Under the pieces are notes generated by a model that was given only the letters and a program-made list of their open reading frames with translations, ran no database searches and was not told the origin of the DNA. Shown here piece by piece: positions 25,529 to 39,600 of a stretch of DNA of 64,000 nucleotides. Source of the stretch: Phyllobates terribilis (lineage: Eukaryota). The position numbers were made by a program, and so were the translations under genes. The DNA lies in the NCBI RefSeq assembly GCF_046119375.1, contig NW_027362761.1, forward strand, positions 536,858,001 to 536,922,000. Direction: 5' to 3'. Numbering within the stretch: the stretch's first letter is position 1; every line of letters begins with the position of its first letter.

Positions 25529-26487
25529 CTAGTTTAAAGCTCTTCTGATGAGTGTAGCAAGGCGACTTCCAAATACATGTTTTCCAGTCTTCGTAAGGTG
25601 CACCCCATCTCTAGCAAGTAGTCCATCGTATAGGTAATTCATTCCGTGATCCAGAAATCCAAATCCTTGTTGACGGCACCATCGACGTAGCCAGTTGTTC
25701 ACCTGTAGAATCTTATTCCACCTCATTGTTCCATGGCCATCCACTGGGAGGATGGATGAGAAGACCACCTGCGCTCCCAATTCTTTCACTTTCTTGCCTA
25801 AGTCTTCAAAGTCACTGCAGATGGTTTCCAGGTCCTTTCTTGCGGTGTCATTTGTCCCCACATGTATTAGCAGGAATGGGTAGTGATCTGTAGGTCTGAA
25901 GAGTCTTGATATCCTGTCAGACACATCTTTAATTTTTGCTCCTGGAAGACAGCACATTTCTCTTGAGGTTATGTCTGGTCTGCAGATAGCGGCCTCTGTT
26001 CCTCTTAACAGGGAATCCCCCATAACCACCATTTTCCGTTTTTTCTTCACAACATTCTTCTTTCTCCATCCAGGAGGATTCTGAGGACTTACAAGGTTAT
26101 TCATTGCTGGCAAAGTCTTATTTTGCTGTATTTCTTCATGGTTCTCCTGCGTGAGAGCCTGGTACTGGTTCCTGAGCAGTATGGGTGCTGACTGCCTCTC
26201 GATCCTCCTGCTTCTGTGGGTCACATGCTTCCATTCCTCGGTTTCGTCAGGTGCAGTTCGAATTTCTTCTCTTTCTGAATCATGAAGAGATAATTCTGCT
26301 CTAAGAACTCTTCACCTTCCTTAATGATTTTCAAGGTAGTTAACCTCTCTTCTAGATTTCGCAACTTTTCCTCCAACAGGGACACAAGCTTGCATTTCTG
26401 GCATGTGAAGTTTGGCTTTTCCACTGGCAAGTCTGTGAACATGTAGCAGGATATGCAGCTCACCAAATGGCTCCTGGACTCTTCCAT
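25529..26487 (-). pseudogene. CR1 ORF1 (CxxC..CxxC zinc finger, coiled coil, SGNH/GDSL esterase) split by one frameshift near 26300
   Basis: SCISC...CQKCK plus heptads in 26221-26487; GDSL, HVGTND and DGVH in 25529-26224. The alternative frame reads RAELSLHDSEREEIR...EWKHVTHRSRR, which joins the two parts. Confidence 0.88.
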
Positions 26488-26566
26488 GTTCTTATTGTTA
26501 ATGTTCTGAAAACAGTGAAAAAAGCTTAAAAAAAAAGCTTCAAAATGCGCGCGCCTACCGGCGCGC

Positions 26567-28857
26567 GGTTTACCGATGTCCTCTTTTCAGCTCCAACAGC
26601 CAAAATCCAGTGTTCTTTGAGCTCGCGGAGACTCTTCACTTACCCCAAAATGCAGTGGGAATATGCAAATTATCTCCTCAGGACTCCTCCCCTGGTTTAC
26701 CGATGTTCTCTTTTCAGCTCCAACAGCCAAAATCCAGTGTTCTTTGAGCTCGCGGAGACTCTTCACTTACCCCAAAATGCAGTGGGAATATGCAAATTAT
26801 CTCCTCAGGACTCCTCCCCTGGTTTACCGATGTTCTCTTTTCAGCTCCAACAGCCAAAATCCAGTGTTCTTTGAGCTCGCGGAGACTCTTCACTTACCCC
26901 AAAATGCAGTGGGAATATGCAAATTATCTCCTCAGGACTCCTCCCCTGGTTTACCGATGTCCTCTTTTCAGCTCCAACAGCCAAAATCCAGTGTTCTTTG
27001 AGCTCGCGGAGACTCTTCACTTACCCCAAAATGCAGTGGGAATATGCAAATTATCTCCTCTGGACTCCTCCCCTGGTTTACCGATGTCCTCTTTTCAGCT
27101 CCAACAGCCAAAATCCAGTGTTCTTTGAGCTCGCGGAGACTCTTCACTCACCCCAAAATGCAGTGGGAATATGCAAATTATCTCCTCAGGACTCCTCCCC
27201 TGGTTTACCGATGTCCTCTTTTCAGCTCCAACAGCCAAAATCCAGTGTTCTTTGAGCTCGCGGAGACTCTTCACTTACCCCAAAATGCAGTAGGAATATG
27301 CAAATTATCTCCTCAGGACTCCTCCCCTGGTTTACCGATGTCCTCTTTTCAGCTCCAACAGCCAAAATCCAGTGTTCTTTGAGCTCGCGGAGACTCTTCA
27401 CTTACCCCAAAATGCAGTGGGAATATGCAAATTATCTCCTCTGGACTCCTCCCCTGGTTTACCGATGTCCTCTTTTCAGCTCCAACAGCCAAAATCCAGT
27501 GTTCTTTGAGCTCGCGGAGACTCTTCACTCACCCCAAAATGCAGTGGGAATATGCAAATTATCTCCTCTGGACTCCTCCCCTGGTTTACCGATGTCCTCT
27601 TTTCAGCTCCAACAGCCAAAATCCAGTGTTCTTTGAGCTCGCGGAGACTCTTCACTCACCCCAAAATGCAGTGGGAATATGCAAATTATCTCCTCAGGAC
27701 TCCTCCCCTGGTTTACCGATGTCCTCTTTTCAGCTCCAACAGCCAAAATCCAGTGTTCTTTGAGCTCGCGGAGACTCTTCACTTACCCCAAAATGCAGTG
27801 GGAATATGCAAATTATCTCCTCAGGACTCCTCCCCTGGTTTACCGATGTCCTCTTTTCAGCTCCAACAGCCAAAATCCAGTGTTCTTTGAGCTCGCGGAG
27901 ACTCTTCACTTACCCCAAAATGCAGTGGGAATATGCAAATTATCTCCTCAGGACTTCTCCCCTGGTTTACCAATGTCCTCTTTTCATCTCCAACAGCCAG
28001 AATCCAGTGTTCTTTGAGCTCGCGGAGACTCTTCACTTACCCCAAAATGCAGTGGGAATATGCAAATTATCTCCTCAGGACTCCTCCCCTGGTTTACCGA
28101 TGTCCTCTTTTCAGCTCCAACAGCCAAAATCCAGTGTTCTTTGAGCTCGCGGAGACTCTTCACTTACCCCAAAATGCAGTGGGAATATGCAAATTATCTC
28201 CTCTGGACTCCTCCCCTGGTTTACCGATGTCCTCTTTTCAGCTCCAACAGCCAAAATCCAGTGTTCTTTGAGCTCGCGGAGACTCTTCACTCACCCCAAA
28301 ATGCAGTGGGAATATGCAAATTATCTCCTCAGGACTCCTCCCCTGGTTTACCGATGTCCTCTTTTCAGCTCCAACAGCCAAAATCCAGTGTTCTTTGAGC
28401 TCGCGGAGACTCTTCACTTACCCCAAAATGCAGTGGGAATATGCAAATTATCTCCTCTGGACTCCTCCCCTGGTTTACCGATGTCCTCTTTTCAGCTCCA
28501 ACAGCCAAAATCCAGTGTTCTTTGAGCTCGCGGAGACTCTTCACTCACCCCAAAATGCAGTGGGAATATGCAAATTATCTCCTCAGGACTTCTCCCCTGG
28601 TTTACCGATGGCCTCTTTTCAGCTCCAACAGCCAAAATCCAGTGTTCTTTGAGCTCACGGAGACTCTTCACTTACCCCAAAATGCAGTGGGAATATGCAA
28701 ATTATCTCCTCAGGACTCCTCCCCTGGTTTACCGATGTCCTCTTTTCAGCTCCAACAGCCAAAATCCAGTGTTCTTTGAGCTCGCGGAGACTCTTCACTT
28801 ACCCCAAAATGCAGTGGGAATATGCAAATTATCTCCTCAGGACTCCTCCCCTGGTTT
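26567..28857. repeat. 127-bp tandem array, exactly 18 units + 5 bp, forming the CR1 5' end
   Basis: ORF-track period of 127; 28853-26567 = 18 x 127; each unit contains ATGCAAAT. Confidence 0.96.
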
Positions 28858-29288
28858 GGAGGACTATGGGCTGTGCATTATACTATATGAAGTATATAGG
28901 CTGTGTATTATACTAATATGGAGGATTATGGGCTGTGCATGATATATGGAGTGCATTATACTATATGGAGGAATATGGGGGGTGCATTATATATGGAGGG
29001 TGCATTATATTATATGGAGGACTATGTGGTGCATTATACTGTATGGAGGACTATGAACTGTGTATTATACAGTGGTGGCCAAAAGTATTGGCACCCCTGC
29101 AATTCTGTCAGATAATACTCAGTTTCTTCCTGAAAATGATTGCAATCACAAATTCTTTGGTATTATTCTCTTCATTTAATTTGTCTTCAATGAAAAAACA
29201 CAAAAGAGAATGAAGCAAAAATCAAATCATTGATCATTTCACACAAAACTCCAAACATGGGCCAGACAAAAGTATTGCCACCCTCAGC

Positions 29289-30368
<1,080 letters not shown>

Positions 30369-30536
30369 TTAACTGGCTGCAAGTGTGATTTAGTTATTGC
30401 CAACACCTGTTAGGTGCCACAGGTAAGTTTCAGGTGCTGTTAATTACATGAATTAGAGAAGCATCACATGATTTTTCAAACAGTGCCAATACTTTTGTCC
30501 ACCCCCTTTTTTAGGTTTGGTGTGAAATTGTATCCA

Positions 30537-31551
30537 GTAGTTAAAAGTAGTTAATACAGATGAGGATAGGGCACAGCTACAGGAGGATTTAGATAAATTG
30601 GGGAGTTGGGCCAAAAAATGGCAAATGGGCTTCAATGCCGATAAATGTAAGGTCATGCACATGGGAAAGAAAAACAGCAGTCACCCATACATATTAAATG
30701 GGAAACCGTTGGGGAAATCTGACATGGAGAAGGACCTGGGCGTCTTGGTTAATAGCAAATTAAATTGGAGTGCCCAGTGTCAGGCAGCAGCTGCGAAGGC
30801 AAATAGAGTCATGGCATGCATCAGAAGAGGAATAGGGGCATATGATGAGAACATTGTTCTTCCTCTGTATAAAGTGCTGGTAAGGCCGCACTTAGAATAT
30901 TGTGCACAGTTCTGGGCTCCGGTGCTCAGGAAAGACATATTGGAGCTAGAGAGGGTACAAAGGAGGGCGACTAAGATAATAAAGGGAATGGAGGGACTAG
31001 AATACCCAGAGAGGTTGTCAAAATTAGGCCTATTCACGTTGGAAAAGAGAAGGCTTAGGGGAGACCTCATAAACATGTATAAATACATCAGGGGGCAGTA
31101 CAGAGATCTCTCCCATGACCTGTTTATACCAAGGATGGTGACAAAGACGAGGGGGCACACTATGCGTCTGGAGGAAAGGAGGTTCCTGCACCAGCATAGA
31201 AGGGGATTCTTTACGGTCAGAGCCGTGAGACTCTGGAACTCTCTGGGAGAGGAAGTGGTGATGTCCAACTCACTTAATGAGTTCAAGAGAGGCCTGGACG
31301 CCTTTCTTGAGAACAATAAAATTACATCTTATGCTTAGTGATAGTTAATTAATCCAGGGATTTAATCTGACTGCCAGATTGGTGTCGGGAAGTGAATTTT
31401 TCCTCAATGAAGTTAATTGGCCTATACCGCATGGGTTTTTTGTTGCCTTCCCCTGGATCAACGCTGCGGAATAGCTGCAGTGCACAAGAAATAGGCTGAA
31501 CTGGATGGACGCTTGTCTTTTTTCGGCCTTATAAACTATGTAACTATGTAA
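30537..31551 (+). mobile_element. 5'-truncated CR1 fragment (different subfamily) inside the Tc1 TIR
   Basis: The 30598-31338 ORF is the CR1 RT C-terminus (RPHLEYCAQFW, RRLRGDLI); it ends in (AACTATGT)n and the Tc1 TIR resumes at ~31552. Confidence 0.9.
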
Positions 31552-31952
31552 CAATTTGGCTTTAGGACAATTCTATTTGTGTTTTTTCATTGAAGACAAA
31601 TTAAATGAAGATGATAATACCAAAGAATTTGTGATTGCAATCATTTTCAGGAAGAAACTGAGTATTATCTGACAGAATTGCAGGGGTGCCAATACTTTTG
31701 GCCACCACTGTATATATGGAAGATTATGGGGAGTGCATTATATTATATGGAGGTCTATGCGGGGTGCATTATACTTCTGCTGTGGGTCCCCAAGACTTCT
31801 ATGTACACTCCTATGTACACCCCTGGTCAGCAGAATGGTTTATTTTTTTCTATACATTAAAGAACAGCGGCAGAACGGGGGACATATATCAGGATGGGGG
31901 ATATATATACCTGATATATATACCAGGATGGGGCCCAGGATAAGGAACATAT

Positions 31953-32645
31953 TGTCACACTCCAACAAGGAGACAGAGAGCACACGGCAAGACGGATGGG
32001 AAGGGGAGCACTGCCACTAGGGAAAGGTAAGAGGGACAACCCCTGAAACTTCACCACGTGCGACGATCGCATTCCTATCCCTGCCTTGCCCCAAGCACAG
32101 CCCTGGCTAGTGCATGAGGCAGCAGGTACCCTAGTCCTGCTCTAGAATACAGACACAAGGGGAAACAGACAAGGGTAAAAGAAAACAGCAATCACTCTAA
32201 GCGCACCCAGACTATGGAATGGTATATACAGGGAAAGGAAGGGAAAGACAAACTAAAAGGGAGATAAGGAAAAGGAAGACACCTGACAAACTTCCAAACA
32301 GCAATCTCCAGAGATGACTCCTAGATAGCTTCTCTTTACACAGCTCACAGCTCCAAACCAACTCCAAGGTATAGCAAGCTATCACTGGCAACTACCCAGG
32401 CTAAGAGGTAAGCACTTATATCATTGGGGAGTGGAGAAAATCAGAACAGCTGAGATAACTCAGAACTGAAGGCTTTAGGAGGCAAGCAGGAGAGTTTAAC
32501 CCTTGCAACCAACAAAGGAAATTTGAAAAAGTTAACTGGAAAGCAAAGCAAATCCAAACAGTGCAGGAGTGCGTGTAGCCAAACACTGCAATCTTCTGAC
32601 CCCTAAAATAGTGAGACCGCTCTCTGTTGCGACATCCCCGTTACA
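31953..32645 (-). mobile_element. Solo LTR (693 bp), unrelated family, 5-bp TSD
   Basis: TGTCACAC...CCGTTACA flanked by CATAT on both sides. Strand is inferred only from a TATA-like element. Confidence 0.75.
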
Positions 32646-33400
32646 CATATATACCAGTATAGAGGGTATATATACTGTATTTATACTGTATATATATTTA
32701 GGATGGGGGGTGGGTCCAAATCTTACACCGGAGCCCATCAGACTCTACTTACGCCACTGTATAGATAGATGATTGATACATAGATGATAGATAGATACAG
32801 TAGATAGATAGATAACAGACATGCAGTTTTAGCTCATTTCTAGAATATTCCAAGCGATGATATATCATAGGTTGACGTCGTCTACACATAATAAAGCATC
32901 TGGCAGCAGGCGGACATTATTGCGGATCAGCCGGCTCAGTATGTGCTTATATGTTGAGCTTGGGGGGATTTGCTGTCTGTAAGTAATGAAGTGCACTGGG
33001 CACTATTGCTCTGATCAGGTGCAGGTTTCTTATAGACTTGGGTGCAACCCCCCAGTGGTGCAGGGCTGAGCTGTGGCGGTGGGCTCTGTCCCCAGGGTGC
33101 CCCCCATTAATCTTGGCATAAGAGAACACAGAGACCCCACTATGTGGATTATGCTGCAGATTTCTATACCTCGAGTCACTGCGGTGTTACATTAGTTACA
33201 TATACAATGTACATCAATCGTATCTCATGTCGGTGTCTTTATGTCTGATCTCGTCCTTTCTATTATTTTCCTGGATTTTCTTTGTTGCCATTTACCTTGA
33301 GAACAGATGACGATGTGTCTGAGAGCTCCCAGTGCAGGCGGCCCCCGGAAAACCCTCCTCAGCCTCCACTCCTCGCTGTATGCACTGTTTCACACTGGAG

Positions 33401-33580
33401 CCGGGGTGGGCACAGACAGAAGGGGCCCCTCCAGGAACACTATATGGGTCCAATACGTTATCATAATGCAGCCATTTATGTGTCTGGGACAGAAGCTGCT
33501 TTTTGTAGGTGAAGGTGGCCCTCTTACCTCTTGGGCCCCTTTTCATCTGCACTGGTATTACTCATGGTTTTGTGCCCCTG
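33401..33580. mobile_element. Small hAT-type MITE
   Basis: Perfect 8-bp TSD CACTGGAG; imperfect termini CCGGGGTGGGCACA / TGTGCCCCTG. Confidence 0.65.
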
Positions 33581-34009
33581 CACTGGAGCCCATGAAGCTG
33601 CTATGAGAAGAGGAGCCCCTATCAGGAGAGACCACCACTCACTATGCATGGCTAGGGAAGCAAACCGAACACTTGCTCGAGTTGCAGGACAGCCGTGCTA
33701 TGACTCTGATTCGGGATGTGGCCCCATCTAAGGGACTAAACTTGGTTTACCACTTTGAACTGCTCATGTTTTTGGCTAATACACAAAGTGACTGACTACA
33801 GGGGGTCTTGTGCCCACTGAAATCAATGAACCATCCATGCAAAGCATGTGATCTTCCATTTATGTATTTCACCAGTCTGGTAAAGGCTTCTATTACGTCC
33901 AAATCTCCTACTTTTTGGGGGCATTTTTTTGCTGCATTTTTTCAGCCTTATAAGAACTGAAGGATTTTTTGAAACATTTTGTACAAATGTTTTTGTTGCT
34001 ATTTTATTT

Positions 34010-34612
34010 TTTCATCGGCCTTCGGCTCTATCCTGATCCATGATGACTTGATGGATGAACGATCTGTAGGAAGATCGATCTTGTACAAGCCTAGATAGGT
34101 CCACCAGGGTCTTCTCCGCCGTTATCTTGATAGTATCAAGCCATCGGGTTGCTGGTCTTCCTCTTCACCTTGTTCCTTCTATTCTTCCGACCATAATGTC
34201 GTTCTCCAGTGATTGCTAAGTATGATGTGTCCAAAGTAGACAAATCGTAGCTTGATGATTCTTGCTTTGAGTGACATGTCTGGCTGATTAATTCCAAAAT
34301 TGATTTGTTTGTTCTTCTTGCCATCCATGCAGTGTCAGACTGAAGAACATTGTGCCCACCAGAGGATTTGATTCTCAGGGCCCCCCTTTCTCCCCCACTC
34401 AAGAACCCCATTGCTGCTGCAAAGTTTGCAATATGAACTCTCCTGAAGGAGAAGCCAGGGCCCACCGGAGGATTCTTCGGTTCTCTGATGGGCCAGTCCA
34501 ACCCTGCATCCATGGTTGAGATAACATCCATCTCCAGCACCACATTTCGAAGGCGTCGATTCTTCTTGTGTCTTGTTTCTTTATCATACACATAAATGCC
34601 TTTTTTCATATT
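34010..34612 (-). mobile_element. Degraded RTE/BovB-like LINE 3' fragment, interrupted by a MITE
   Basis: Minus-strand peptides IKKQDTRRIDAFEMWCWR, WMARRTNKSILE and RWLDTI match the RTE RT C-terminus. Confidence 0.8.
34330..34506. mobile_element. hAT-type MITE (177 bp)
   Basis: TIRs CAGTGTCAGACTG / CAGTCCAACCCTG; perfect 8-bp TSD CATCCATG. Confidence 0.85.
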
Positions 34613-35549
34613 TTTTTTTAGTAGTTTATAAAAAATGCACAAAAGACCACATCTAGAGCATGGCATTTTAAAAAAAAAAACAACAAAAAAATGCCCCTGA
34701 CTCCAGACTAAAAACCTCTCCAATAATATGCTGCTATTGACTCATAGCTATAATCTAGGTGCAGTCTTTTTTGCATAAGGAATGCTGCAATATGGCACAT
34801 TTTCTAAAAATCCTCTGTGCGTACGGTACAACCATTCCACAATAGACGGTTCCTTTAAGACGTTAGAGCACAGAAACCTTTGTAAATTCTAGCTGTGATC
34901 CCGGAGGGAGACGATTAACTCTCTCGGCTCTGCTATACCGCCCAAGACTCGTTATTATTCCATAAATTGCGCAGAAGAATTTTATTATCGCGCTGGTATA
35001 ATGAATTGTGAGGAGCCCATTACTGTTTTTACGTCTCCTGCGGGGGACACGGCGCTTTATTATTAGGAGAAGAATTGGAGAGTCGGGTGATTACTTCATA
35101 GAATAAACACAGAGAATTATCCGCATCTCCCAGGGCAGAAAGGGAAAACAACTCAGATTATGACAGATAATCGCTTCCAATTAGGGATATATCATTCTCC
35201 GTGCCGCTGCCGCTCCCCTCCTGCGAGTGAATCAGCCGACACCAGTGATCTTATGCTTCCATCTCAGACCTCACTACAAAGCTGTGCCGTCTGGCATCAA
35301 TCCCTTAAAGGAGCCCTGAGCCGAATGTAAAAGGATCAATCCAATCAAAGAACTTTAAGGCTGCGTTCCCACTTGTATGTTTACAGTGGATTTTCCACTG
35401 CGTATTACAGTGGCAGCATTTTAAAAAAAGCTTTAACCTTCAGGCTAGAAATCTGCAAAAAACGTAATTTTACGCTGCAAATCTTTGCCACAGATTTCAA
35501 TTTTTTGCAATGCAAATTCCACAACGGAGCCATCCTGTAGGGACATACA

Positions 35550-36070
35550 TTAAAGGGTGATCGTTGTTTTATTTATTTAATTTTACATTTAATTTTTTTT
35601 TTGCATAAATCAATAGTACACATGAAAGTAAGAAACTTTGTAATATATCTGATCATACAAATCTGCTTCTTTCCCCTCCTGGACTAATCTTTCAATTTGA
35701 AAATGTTCAATTACTGGGTAAAATGTGTCTTCAGTGAACACAGATGTTCCTTTTACCGAGATAAGAGATGACAGTTGGTGCTCATAAAGTTCTATGGAGA
35801 GCTGTAACTGTCATTTTAGGAGAACTTGCAGCCTCTAGCTCCTCCCATTTCCATAGAATTTTAGAAGCACCAACTGCCATATGCTATTTCAGTAATGAGA
35901 AAGTCTGTCTTCACTGAATACACATTTTACCCCTGAATTGAGAGTGACAGATCAATCCAGACGGAGAAAGAAGCAGATTTATCTGATAAATTACAAAGTT
36001 GTTTATTTATAAAACCATACGATTGATTTATGACATAAAAATTAAAACAATGGTTATTCTTTAATGAAAG
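35550..36070. mobile_element. Palindromic MITE, probably T2/Kolobok type
   Basis: Starts TTAA|AGGG; long internal inverted repeats (35630-35670 vs 35965-36000; 35715-35810 vs 35860-35935). Right end is uncertain. Confidence 0.55.
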
Positions 36071-36685
36071 GTTCAAAGCAGTGGATTTTACTGCAAAGCT
36101 GTGGCAAAAGATATTCACCAAATTTGATGCCCACCGTCCCCATCCCTGAGATGCCACGCTCTCAACACCACGAATGCTGGCAGGTTATAGGGATTGCGTG
36201 ACATAACAATGTTATGCAATCCCCTGGATACAGTGCCGACACCACTGGAATGTTGCCGACACCGGATGTGTGTATAAGTGTTATTATTTTGCTGGGGGCA
36301 CACATAGTGGTTGAGAAGGGGTTGTCCGAGTAGTGGACAACCCCTTTAATTCTGGATAGGCAGTATGAATGCATTGACAGCTGTTTGTTACCATTCAAAT
36401 GGTCATAGGGTTGAGTGTCTATAGTGTCGGACAGGCTCCAGCCATTGCTGTCACATCCTGTTGCTATGGTGATTGGTAACACCAAGCTGTCAATCAGGCC
36501 TAAACCATACAAATTATTAGTATATGTTTTATTGAATAAGTATAAACTCCTGAGAGATGAACGCTCCATGGGTGACATCCTATTTAATGGTAGACAAAAG
36601 CTTTATAGATGAAAACAAAAAGTGAGGTTGTTGTTGTTGCCTATAGCAACCAATCAGCTACCCCTGAAAAATGTAAGGTAAGCTC

Positions 36686-39600
36686 CAGAGACGTAGATAG
36701 GGTTTTGGTTCAGGGGGGGCGAAACTTCTGAGTGGGCCCCTAACCAGGTAACCCTGATTACAGCTATGGTGGGGCACCCAGATAGTGGATTGTAAGGGAA
36801 CCTCAGCAGATGACCGCGCTGTTACTGAAGCTGACGTTCTTTCTGATTAAATTGTTCACTTTTCCCGTCTTTTCCATCTGGCCCAGACCGACACGACAAC
36901 TTCTCCATCCAGGACTCAGAGTCTCAGGTCTTCAGAGATCACAACAAAGACACATTTGACTCCTTACATTTCAGGCCACGTCCCCATCTATTCCCAACCT
37001 GCTCAAACTCTTCATCCTGCTGATAATCCGATACTGAGCTGCTGCTGCTGCTGTACATGTCCCTATTACTGCCCCTGCTGTGCTCCCTCTAGATGGTAAA
37101 ACAAACCTCTAGAATATAGTAATGCCGTGCGCAAGTGTCCTAGAAAACATTGCCCACATTGTGCCTTCTAGAAAGTAATAATGCCCTCTGTATGCTCCTC
37201 TGACAGTCACAATAACCTGAGTTCCCCTATATCGATAAGTGCCCACTTAAAATTTAATAATGCCCTGAGTCTCCCCCCTGTACAGTTCCCCCATACACAG
37301 CATTATGCTCTCCTATACATAGTATAATGCCACCTCACTGTATAGTACCCCCACACACAGTATACTGACCCCTTAGTGGCCTCCAAACTGATGTCTCCAA
37401 CACTGTATGATGGCCCCCACACTGTGCAAAAAACCCATATTATTTCCCACACTGTATGATGGCCCCCACGCTGTGCAAAGACCCCATATTATTTCCCACA
37501 CTGTATGATTGCCCCCACACTGTGCAAAGACCCCATATTATTTCCCACACTGTATGATTGCCCACACACTGTGCAAAAACCCCACATTATCTCCCACACT
37601 GTATGATTGCCCCCACACTGTGCAAAGACCCCACATTATCTCCCACACTGTATGATGGCCCCCACACTGTGCAAAGACTCCACATTATCTCCCACACTGT
37701 ATGATGGCCCCCACACTGTGCAAAGACCCCACACTATCTCCCACACTGTATGATGGCCCCCAAACTGTGCAAAGACCCCACATTATCTCCCACACTGTAT
37801 CACTCTAACTGTAATCCCCACACTGTACAAATAGCCTACATATAGTATAATGCCCCCTCATAGGCAGAATCTGTAGTATAATCCCCCGCAAAGGCAGAGT
37901 CTGTAGTATAATGCCCCCCCCCATAGGCAGAGTCTGTACTATAATGCTCCCCCCTTCCCATAGGCAGAGTATGTAGTATCATTACCTCCACCCATAGGCA
38001 GAGTCTGTAGTATAATGCCCCCCTTATAGGCAGAGTCTGTAGTATAATGCCCCCCCCTTATAGGTAGAGTCTGTAGTATAATGTGCCCCCCTAATAGGCA
38101 GAGTCTGTAGTATAATGCCCCCCCTTTATAGGCAGACTCTGTAGTATAATGTGCCTTCCACCCCAATAGGCAGAGTCTGTAGTATAATGTGCCTCCCCCT
38201 TATAGGCAGACTCTGTAGTATAATATGCCCCCCCATAGGCAGACTCTGTAGTATAATGTGCCCCTCTCTCATAGGCAGACTCTGTAGTATAATGTGCCCC
38301 TCCCTCATAGGCAGAGTCTGTAGTATAATGTGCCCCCCCCCTCGTAGGCTGAGTCTGTAGTATAATGCCCCCCCTTATAGGCAGAGTCTGTAGTATAATG
38401 TGCCTCCCCCCGTAATAGGCAGAGTCTGTAATATAATGTGCCCCCCCTCATAGGCAGACTCTGTAGTATAATGTGCCTCCCCCCCACATTATCTCCCACA
38501 CTGTATGATGTCCCCCACACTGTGCAAAGACTCCACATTATCTCCCACACTGTATGATGGCCCCCACACTGTGCAAAGACCCCACACTATCTCCCACACT
38601 GTATGATGGCCCCCACACTTTGCAAAGACCCCACATTATCTCCCACACTGTATTACTCTAACTGTAATCCCCACACTGTACAAATAGCCTACATATAGCA
38701 TAATGACCCCTCATAGGCGGAGTCTGTAGTATAATCCCCACATAGGCAGAGTCTGTAGTATAATGCCCCCTCATAGGCAGAGTCTGTAGTATAATGCCCC
38801 CTCATAGGCAGAGTCTGTAGTATAATGCCCCCCCATAGGCAGAGTCTGTAGTATAATGTGCCGCCCCCTAATAGGCAGAGTCTGTAGTATAATGCCCCCC
38901 CCATAGGCAGAATCTGTAGTATAATGCCCCCCCATAGGCAGGTCTGTAGTATAATGCCCCCCCATAGGCAGAGTCTGTACTATAATGCTCCCCCCATTCC
39001 CATAGGCAGAGTATGTAGTATAATTACCCCCACCCATAGGCAGAGTCTGTAGTATAATGCACCCCCTTATAGGCAGAGTCTGTAGTATAATGCCCCCCCC
39101 CTTATAGGCTGAGTCTGTAGTATAATGTGCCCCCCCTAATAGGCAGAGTCTGTAGTATAATGCCCCCCCCCTTTATAGGCAGAGTTTGTAGTATAATTCC
39201 CCCCCTTATAGGCTGAGTCTGTAGTATAATGTGCCCCCCCCCCAATAGGCAGAGTCTGTAGTATAATGCCCCCCCCTTATAGGCAGAGTCTGTAGTATAA
39301 TGCCCCCCTTATAGGCAGAGTCTGTAGTATAATGTGCCTCCCCCTAATAGGCAGAGTCTGTAATATAATGTGCCCCCCCCTCATAGGCAGAGTCTGTAGT
39401 ATAATGCCCCCCCTTATAGGCAGAGTCTGTAGTATAATGTGCCCCCCCCCCTCATAGGCAGAGTCTGTAGTATAATGTGCCTCTCCCTCATAGGCAGACT
39501 CTGTAGTATAATGTGCCCCCCATAGGCAGAGTCTGTAGTATAAAGTGCCCCCCCCATAGGCAGAGTCTGTAGTATAATGTGCCCCCCCCCCTCATAGGCA

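Larger units (their letters stand above)
22539..28857 (-). mobile_element. Full-length CR1 LINE with tandem-monomer 5' end
   Basis: 3' (ATTCTATG)n tail at ~22539-22557, ORF2, ORF1, 79-bp unique 5' UTR and then the 127-bp array. The host minisatellite joins seamlessly across 22538/28858. Confidence 0.93.

Noticed and set aside
26545-28942. Repeated 112-aa ORFs, and a CRISPR-like look of the 127-bp array
   Set aside because: Head-to-tail near-identical units with no unique spacers and no cas genes, in a eukaryotic context; the ORFs are frame cycling of a 127-bp period.
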